NCBI GenBank assembly: GCA_038845265.1
Contig: JAWBQR010000002.1
Span: 1 to 64,000 of the forward strand
Direction: 5' to 3'
Source of the DNA: Nitrososphaerota archaeon
GTDB lineage: Archaea > Thermoproteota > Nitrososphaeria_A > Caldarchaeales > Calditenuaceae
DNA length: 64,000 nucleotides
Below are positions 57,854 through 64,000 of the stretch, piece by piece. A program made the position numbers and the translations under genes. Positions within the stretch are counted from its first letter, which is position 1, and every line of letters begins with the position of its first letter. The notes beneath the pieces are model-generated. The model searched no databases. It saw only the letters and a list, made by a program, of their open reading frames with translations, and was not told the DNA's origin.

Positions 57854-59539
57854 CTATGGGAGCCCCGCCCCAAGCGAGGCTGAGAGTGCGTATCTAGAGT
57901 ATCTTGCAAGTATTCCAGACGTGTACCGTGGGCTTGGGGGAGCCCAGCTCTTCAGTCTCTTTTGAAGTTCCTCCACTGATACCTCGGCTTCGAGCCTGCC
58001 ATTAACTGCATCTATCAATATTGTGTCGCCATTCCTTAGCGCTGCGATAGGTCCTCCTACAGCCGCCTCTGGAGAGACATGTCCAACCATAAGTCCACGC
58101 GTCGCTCCAGAGAACCTGCCATCAGTTATGAGTGCCACGCTCTCTCCAAGTCCCTGACCGACTATGGCGGCCGTGACTGCAAGCATCTCTCTCATTCCCG
58201 GCCCGCCCCTGGGCCCCTCATACCGAATGACAACTACGTCTCCAGCCTCAATCTCCCTGTTCATCACGGCCCGGAACGCTTCCTCCTCAGATTCATAAAT
58301 CTTTGCGGGGCCCTTATGGATGAGGTTCTTCACTCCGCTTATCTTTGTGACAGCTCCTTCAGGCGCAATATTTCCCCTCAAGACAACTATTGAGCCTCGC
58401 CTCGATATTGGGTCGGCCGGGTCTTTGACGACCTGGCTCATCCTAGGCGTGGGTGGTTCATAGTTCCTCAAGTTCTCACCGACGGTCTTCCCAGTCACAG
58501 TCAATGCCTCTCCATACATGAGTCCCATCTCGAGTAGCTTCTTCATCACGAGCGGAACGCCGCCAGCCCTGTCTAGGTCCTCTACAGCATATCTGCCGCC
58601 GGGAATGAGGTCAACAAAGTAGGGCGTCTTCTTGCTGACCCTATCAAAGTCGTCAAGCGTGAGCTTAACCCCTGCCTCTCTCGCAATCGCCAATAGATGT
58701 AAAACGGCGTTGGTTGAGCCGCCCATCGCGGCGTCGACAGCTATGGCATTCATGAATGCCTCATAACTCATGATTTCTCTTGCCTTCAGCCCAGTCTCTA
58801 CTAGCTCCATGAGTGTCAGTCCAGTCCTATAGGCCGCGTCCAGCCTCTTCGAGTCTACTGCAGGTATTGTTGAGGCTCCAGGAATCGTTAATCCAAGAGC
58901 TTCTGCAACTATCGCCATCGTGTTGGCCGTGTAGAGTCCTGCGCATGACCCTGGCCCGGGACATGCATACATCTCAACCATTCTAAGCTCCTCGAATGTT
59001 ATTTTACCCGCCGAGTATTGCCCAACCGCCTCGAACACATCTCCAGTGCTTAGTCTCTTATCCCCTAGCCTGCCTATGCACATCGGGCCACCGTTCAGGA
59101 ATATTGATGGTAAATTGAGCCTCGCCATTGCCATGAGCATTCCGGGCTCAATCTTGTCGCAACTTGCCAGTCCTACAAATGCATCGAAGCAGTGAGCCTG
59201 CATCATCGTTTCTATACTGTCGGCAACTATTTCTCGACTGGCTAAGCTGAATTTCATCCCTTCATGCCCCATGGCTAAGCCGTCACATACAGCAATTGTG
59301 TTGAACTCTAGTGGTACTCCATCTCGGGTCCTTATACCTTCTTTAATCTTCTTTGCAACTCTATCCAGATGCATGTGTCCTGGCACGACTTCGTTCCACG
59401 AATTCGCTATAGCCACTATTGGCTTGCCAAAATCATGATCTGTCAGCCCGATTGCCCTCAGTAGTGCTCTGTGAGGAGCGCGTTCCACTCCCTCAGTAAT
59501 TACGGAGCTTCTACGCCTTAACTTTCCTGTCCCAGGCAT
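57854..59539 (-). CDS. ilvD: Dihydroxy-acid dehydratase
   Basis: [33 protein letters not shown]. Confidence 0.97.
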   Translation of the reverse strand: MPGTGKLRRRSSVITEGVERAPHRALLRAIGLTDHDFGKPIVAIANSWNEVVPGHMHLDRVAKKIKEGIRTRDGVPLEFNTIAVCDGLAMGHEGMKFSLASREIVADSIETMMQAHCFDAFVGLASCDKIEPGMLMAMARLNLPSIFLNGGPMCIGRLGDKRLSTGDVFEAVGQYSAGKITFEELRMVEMYACPGPGSCAGLYTANTMAIVAEALGLTIPGASTIPAVDSKRLDAAYRTGLTLMELVETGLKAREIMSYEAFMNAIAVDAAMGGSTNAVLHLLAIAREAGVKLTLDDFDRVSKKTPYFVDLIPGGRYAVEDLDRAGGVPLVMKKLLEMGLMYGEALTVTGKTVGENLRNYEPPTPRMSQVVKDPADPISRRGSIVVLRGNIAPEGAVTKISGVKNLIHKGPAKIYESEEEAFRAVMNREIEAGDVVVIRYEGPRGGPGMREMLAVTAAIVGQGLGESVALITDGRFSGATRGLMVGHVSPEAAVGGPIAALRNGDTILIDAVNGRLEAEVSVEELQKRLKSWAPPSPRYTSGILARYSRYALSASLGAGLP

Positions 59540-59636
59540 TTCTTGATACTCTCGATTAGCGGCGCAAATTAAGCCTTTCGATCAGATTAGACTAATGAGA
59601 TGTCGACGCTGTTTTAATAACTCCATGGTCCGACGC

Positions 59637-61070
59637 TCAGCTCATTAGCTGAACAATTCTTATTGTGTGAATTGGCTTGTCAAGAAGTCCATACGTCAGA
59701 ATCAATGTATCTCCCCTTATTACGAGGTTCTGTTCTTTAAGTCTCTGCTCAAGTTCTTTGAGTCCGTCTTCGTATTCTTTTGATTCTACATGTATTGGCT
59801 CAACCCCCCAAAGCAATAACAGTCTACGAATGGTTCTAGGATCATTGCTGGCTGCGAATACTTGGACTCGTGGCTTGAACCTTGAGATTCTCCTAGCAGT
59901 GTTGCCTTTCTTTGTATATATCCCGATCTTTGCATTAAGTGTCTCTGATAGTTCTACCACTCCTAAGGCAAATCTATCCACTACCTGTCCTTCTGAGAGC
60001 TCGCGTTTAACATTTACATTCTTCTCATAAGTCTCTATGATTCTTTTAAGCCATTTTACGGACTCTACTGGATAGTCACCAATGGCTGTTTCACCTGTCA
60101 ACATCAGTACGTCTACTCCGTCGATTACACAATTCATAACGTCCACAATCTCGCTTCGAGAAGGCACAGGCTCAGAGACCATTGAGCCTAGCAACTGTGT
60201 TGCAACAATAACTGGTCTGCCAGTATTCGTTACAGTTTTGACTATCTTCTCCTGTAGCAGTGGTACCTCCTCGAGGGGGAACTGCATCCCTAGGTCTCCA
60301 CGGGCTACAAGCACTGCGTCTGATGCTTTAGCTATCTCCTCAACATTAGCTACGGCTGAGACCGTCTCTATCTTCGCTATTAGTCCCATCTCTGAGCCAT
60401 TCTTCTCGAGAAATTCCCTTACAGCAATTACGTCGAGCGGGGAGGTTACGAAGCTCAGTCCTAAAAAATCAGCACCTAGTCTAATCGCATCTATTATTTG
60501 TTCTCTACAATGATGGAGATAGTTCGATATGAGTATCTCCTTCTCTCTAATGACGAGTGATTTTCCCTTCGTGATAATTAATTTGTTCAATGCTTGAACC
60601 AATATTCTCTCATCGTCCTTCTTCAGAACTTTCATCAAGCCGCGCCCATCATCAGTAACAAGTATGTCATTTTCTGAAATCTTTTCAAAGAATTCAGAGC
60701 TATCGATTGATGGTTCTTCATTTCCTGAATTATTATGCTTCACTATATGAAAGGTTTGTCCCGCTAAGTATGTCTTTGCTTTATCGGGTGATGCGAAGCG
60801 AATTGAGAGTCCTCGGAGGTCTGCAATTAATACGCAGTCAACTCCGATGTTATTTGAGACGTCTCTGAGATTCTCAGCCCATATCTTCCAGAGCTTAAAT
60901 TCTCCATGACTAAAATTAATTCTGAAAATCCTGCAACCTAACTTAACTAGTTGATTGACTGTATCCCAATCTCCTGATGATGGTCCAAGCGTACAGGCAA
61001 TCTTTGTCCTCAAGCCATTGAAAAATACCTTATACTGCCAATTAGCCCTTTCCCTAGTATAGATAAGCAA
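59637..61070 (-). CDS. pyk: Pyruvate kinase (true start probably TTG 61013)
   Basis: TKIACTLGP, RINFSHG, AKIE, VARGDLG, ATQ, MLTGETA. Confidence 0.96.
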   Translation of the reverse strand: MLIYTRERANWQYKVFFNGLRTKIACTLGPSSGDWDTVNQLVKLGCRIFRINFSHGEFKLWKIWAENLRDVSNNIGVDCVLIADLRGLSIRFASPDKAKTYLAGQTFHIVKHNNSGNEEPSIDSSEFFEKISENDILVTDDGRGLMKVLKKDDERILVQALNKLIITKGKSLVIREKEILISNYLHHCREQIIDAIRLGADFLGLSFVTSPLDVIAVREFLEKNGSEMGLIAKIETVSAVANVEEIAKASDAVLVARGDLGMQFPLEEVPLLQEKIVKTVTNTGRPVIVATQLLGSMVSEPVPSRSEIVDVMNCVIDGVDVLMLTGETAIGDYPVESVKWLKRIIETYEKNVNVKRELSEGQVVDRFALGVVELSETLNAKIGIYTKKGNTARRISRFKPRVQVFAASNDPRTIRRLLLLWGVEPIHVESKEYEDGLKELEQRLKEQNLVIRGDTLILTYGLLDKPIHTIRIVQLMS

Positions 61071-61097
61071 GTTGTATGTTAATCTTGGGAATTTTTG

Positions 61098-61448
61098 CTA
61101 GCTTACTGGTGAGCCTACATCGATTGGTGTTTCAGGCGCTATCGGCACTATCTTTTCATCACTAGCGACTGCGGCAAGAATCATGCAGTCAGACAGCAGC
61201 CCCCTCATCTTCCTAGGCTTAAGATTCACGACGAAGACATACTCCTTGTCCAGAAAATGTTCAGGACTATATAAATGTCCAAGCCCAGTAATGGCTTGTT
61301 TCTTAAAATCTTTGAAATCTACTTCGAGTCTGATTAGCCTATCAGTTCCTGGAACTCTTTCCGCCCTCACAACCTTGCCTATACGCATGTCTATTCGCTT
61401 AAACTCCGAGATATCTATCTCTGAGAACTCGACCACCCCACTAAACAA
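61098..61448 (-). CDS. tRNA-binding OB protein (Trbp111/CsaA/MetRS C-terminal-like)
   Basis: DMRIGKV, VVNLKPRKMRG. Confidence 0.9.
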   Translation of the reverse strand: MFSGVVEFSEIDISEFKRIDMRIGKVVRAERVPGTDRLIRLEVDFKDFKKQAITGLGHLYSPEHFLDKEYVFVVNLKPRKMRGLLSDCMILAAVASDEKIVPIAPETPIDVGSPVS

Positions 61449-61558
61449 TGAATCATGCAGTATTTGTAATTAACGTTACGCTATTCTCGAAAGAATTAGA
61501 ACAGTTCTAGAATCAATAAGTATAAACTCTGCTAATTACATTAAATTATTGAAGAAAT

Positions 61559-61633
61559 ATGGCGGCAAAGAAGTCAAAGAAATCGAAGGCAAAAAAGAAG
61601 TCTAAGAGTAAGTCAAGTAAACGCGCATGTTAG
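61559..61633 (+). CDS. 24-aa Lys/Ser-rich micropeptide (not in ORF track)
   Basis: MAAKKSKKSKAKKKSKSKSSKRAC*; TATA-like tataaa at 61521-61526; stop 4 nt from the convergent gene's stop. Confidence 0.55.
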   Translation: MAAKKSKKSKAKKKSKSKSSKRAC

Positions 61634-61637
61634 GAGC

Positions 61638-62198
61638 CTAGCTCCTCCAAGAAAAGAGCGGTTCATGCCTTCTAGCTGATTGTGCTTTTTCTTCCTCAGT
61701 AAAAATACTAATAGCTATAGATGAAATTATTGGAAAACCGAAGAGGGCAGGTATCTCAAGCGGCCTCAAGTAGAGCATCATTGTATAGATCCTGTCAAGC
61801 TCGAGCATCCATGCATGATTCGGAGAGAGAACTGGGATTAACTGAAGCCCAATCAGTTGCCAACCGACAAATATGAAGGATGAACCGATGAAGGATGCCG
61901 CAATAGCTCCCCCCATGCTCCTAGCGAGGAGCCCGGCGACTGCTCCACCTAGAACCAAAATCAGTATGGGCCAGAAGCCCGCTCCAGATGAGATTGTAAA
62001 CGTACCACCATTAATGACTATCTGTTCGCCCATAAGACTAGAGACAGGAGAGATAAAGTACGTCAAGGCCTTGTAAATCTCACCTATTACTGCGAGCTGT
62101 ACATTCCTCACTGGCAACTGAGTACCAGCAGAAAGATATGAACCTGCACCAATAATTATTGCTATGAATGTAGCTGCTCCCCTAACGGTTCCGCTCAT
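61638..62198 (-). CDS. Hypothetical membrane protein (~4 TM)
   Basis: Hydrophobic Gly/Ala-rich helices. Confidence 0.7.
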   Translation of the reverse strand: MSGTVRGAATFIAIIIGAGSYLSAGTQLPVRNVQLAVIGEIYKALTYFISPVSSLMGEQIVINGGTFTISSGAGFWPILILVLGGAVAGLLARSMGGAIAASFIGSSFIFVGWQLIGLQLIPVLSPNHAWMLELDRIYTMMLYLRPLEIPALFGFPIISSIAISIFTEEEKAQSARRHEPLFSWRS

Positions 62199-62314
62199 TT
62201 ATAAATTGCAGGCTTTTCTTCCTAATATCTCTAATAATGTCTCGATACTTTCTGAATTCTCTTAGAATTTCCTACGTATAGCTATGGATAATACAGAAAA
62301 GTATCGATTTCTCG

Positions 62315-62512
62315 CTAGATTATTGCGGGCTTGACGTATTTTGTCGGGTCGACTGGCTTCTTCTTCCTCGGAGAGTTCCTTAGAAGTATACCACAGTAAG
62401 GACATCTGACACTGTCAGTCAGGTGGTATGTCCGGCATCTGCTGCAATACTTATAGCCAGCGGCATAACTCCTCCTTGCAGATATCTTCTGAACAAGTAC
62501 CTGCTTTGACAT
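62315..62512 (-). CDS. Small basic Zn-finger protein
   Basis: YCSRC-x9-CPYCG..LR..PRKK. Confidence 0.75.
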   Translation of the reverse strand: MSKQVLVQKISARRSYAAGYKYCSRCRTYHLTDSVRCPYCGILLRNSPRKKKPVDPTKYVKPAII

Positions 62513-62611
62513 TCATTAATTCACCTCTTTGCATTTAATAGATGCTTCACAGCTGATATAAGCATTATGCATAAATAGTATATACGTGACATATATTTAC
62601 AGAACTAAGAA

Positions 62612-63652
62612 ATGCATGTAAGGAAGCTTCAAAAACTAGGGACGACGACGATAGTCGTCTCTCTACCTAGGAGATGGGTCAAGGAGAAGGGCCTAAAACA
62701 GGGAGACGTAGTCTACATCGAGGAGGGAATAGACAGCATTACACTCCACACCACCAATAGGGCACAACAAACATTCAAAGTAACAATAAACGCCGAGATA
62801 GAGCCAAACCCTGAGTCCTTGGCCAGACTAGTGACAGCCAGCTATCTCCAGGGATATGACGAGGTAAGAATCATCTCGCAGTCAGGTCTCCTCCAGGAAC
62901 AGATAGATGAGATACTGGCCGCGTTAGAGCGACTTCCAGGCTTCGAGGTCCTAGAACAGACGCCCAACCGCCTAACGATACAGAGCATAGTTGACCCTGC
63001 AAGATTTACGGTTGACTCAATAATGAAGAGAATGCAAGTCATGATCTCCTCGATGATTAACTCTTCTATAGACGCGGTAATTGAGGGTATGCCGGAGAAG
63101 GCCGCAGAGGTCTCAAGGGTCGAAAACAAAGTAGACGAGCTCTACTTCCTCGTCGTTAGACAGCTCCTCCTAGCAATGAGAAATCCAAGCCTGGCCAAGA
63201 TAATAGGTATAGACTCCGTGCCAGCTGTGACTGGATACAGACTGGTCTCAAAAGCACTCGAGGAGATAGGAGACTACGCATTAGCAATCTCGAAGGAGAG
63301 CCTAAACATCAAGCGGCGGGGAAGAACCATAGACAAAGAAATACTCACACAGATAATGACGATAGGCGAAGAAGTCTCAACAATATTCGGAATTGCAGTG
63401 AATGCATTCCTGACACTTGACTTCAAGTTGATCAACTCTGTCTTCCAAGAGTTGCCGCCACTATCTGAGAAGATAGTCAGACTTGAATCCGAATTGCTGG
63501 ATAAAATCAAGGACCCACAGACAGTGATTTCATTTAGGCTAGTTATGAGGTACATATCTGAGATGCTTGACCAGTGTAGAATCATTGCTGAAGTCTCGGT
63601 CAATAAGTTCGTCAGGATTAACTCAAGGATCTGCGTGACTGAGGTTTCGTAG
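62612..63652 (+). CDS. AbrB-PhoU phosphate uptake regulator
   Basis: RKLQ..VSLP..WV AbrB domain followed by PhoU repeats (VDELY, LEEIGDY). Confidence 0.92.
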   Translation: MHVRKLQKLGTTTIVVSLPRRWVKEKGLKQGDVVYIEEGIDSITLHTTNRAQQTFKVTINAEIEPNPESLARLVTASYLQGYDEVRIISQSGLLQEQIDEILAALERLPGFEVLEQTPNRLTIQSIVDPARFTVDSIMKRMQVMISSMINSSIDAVIEGMPEKAAEVSRVENKVDELYFLVVRQLLLAMRNPSLAKIIGIDSVPAVTGYRLVSKALEEIGDYALAISKESLNIKRRGRTIDKEILTQIMTIGEEVSTIFGIAVNAFLTLDFKLINSVFQELPPLSEKIVRLESELLDKIKDPQTVISFRLVMRYISEMLDQCRIIAEVSVNKFVRINSRICVTEVS

Positions 63653-64000
63653 ACAACATGATTAGTCCCGACACTATGCATAGCATCATTGATAAGGTAA
63701 TCATTCCTGAGGCTCCGTAATTATCTGCAACTACTCCCGCAACTACCGGCGCTATTAGGAAGCCGGTTCCTATGTAGAATTCGTATCTGCTTATGAGTAG
63801 GACCGTGTCTCCGCCGATGCTGTTAGTCATGTAGAGGTACGTCAGAGAGTTGAATAGGCTTACCAGCATACCAAGCATGAGGAGCGAGAGGGGCAGCAAT
63901 GCCTGTATCTCCAACCTAACCAGCATCATGAGTGGCAAAACAGAGCAGAACGTCGTTACAGAAATATTGCCTAGCGTAGGCTGTATCTTAGCCCTGCTTA
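63618..64000 (-). CDS. MFS transporter, C-terminal part (runs off window)
   Basis: Frame open to the window edge; TM helices with GFLIAPVVAGVVADNYG. Confidence 0.7.
   Translation of the reverse strand, partial: SRAKIQPTLGNISVTTFCSVLPLMMLVRLEIQALLPLSLLMLGMLVSLFNSLTYLYMTNSIGGDTVLLISRYEFYIGTGFLIAPVVAGVVADNYGASGMITLSMMLCIVSGLIMLSTKPQSRRSLS

Noticed and set aside
1-64000. Remaining short overlapping ORFs in the track; tRNA, rRNA, IS elements, integrases and CRISPR
   Set aside because: The ORFs are antisense or alternate-frame shadows of well-supported genes; no cloverleaf, terminal inverted repeat, recombinase motif or repeat-spacer array was seen by eye

Overview
Archaeal chromosomal segment, most consistent with a thermophilic TACK lineage such as Aigarchaeota/Nitrososphaeria (inferred from CdvB/CdvC ESCRT genes, Sec61beta, eL15, archaeal AsnRS/GlyRS/IleRS, MptA/MptE, Elp3, NucS and Sm). 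It is densely coding and mostly housekeeping. I found no rRNA, tRNA, CRISPR array or transposase. Strongest leads: (1) an ~11 kb catabolic island (43.6-54.7 kb) with carbamate kinase, two divergent carbamoyltransferases, a hydantoin racemase, a cyclic amidohydrolase, two PLP lyase-fold enzymes and an ECF importer, suggesting an undescribed ATP-yielding ureide/hydantoin pathway; (2) a four-gene locus with two C4HC3 RING-like proteins (one membrane-embedded) and two coiled-coil proteins, whose convergent 3' ends sit in a 116-bp tandem duplication that differs mostly at silent sites; (3) an operon encoding a membrane-anchored roadblock, a roadblock and a small GTPase; (4) three microproteins missing from the ORF track (two Lys-rich, one single-TM); (5) an extreme G+T strand-skewed patch across the divergent ileS/mtnP genes; (6) a thiolase in the HMG-CoA synthase operon with Asp in place of its catalytic Cys. 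All family calls come from motif recognition, not database searches.
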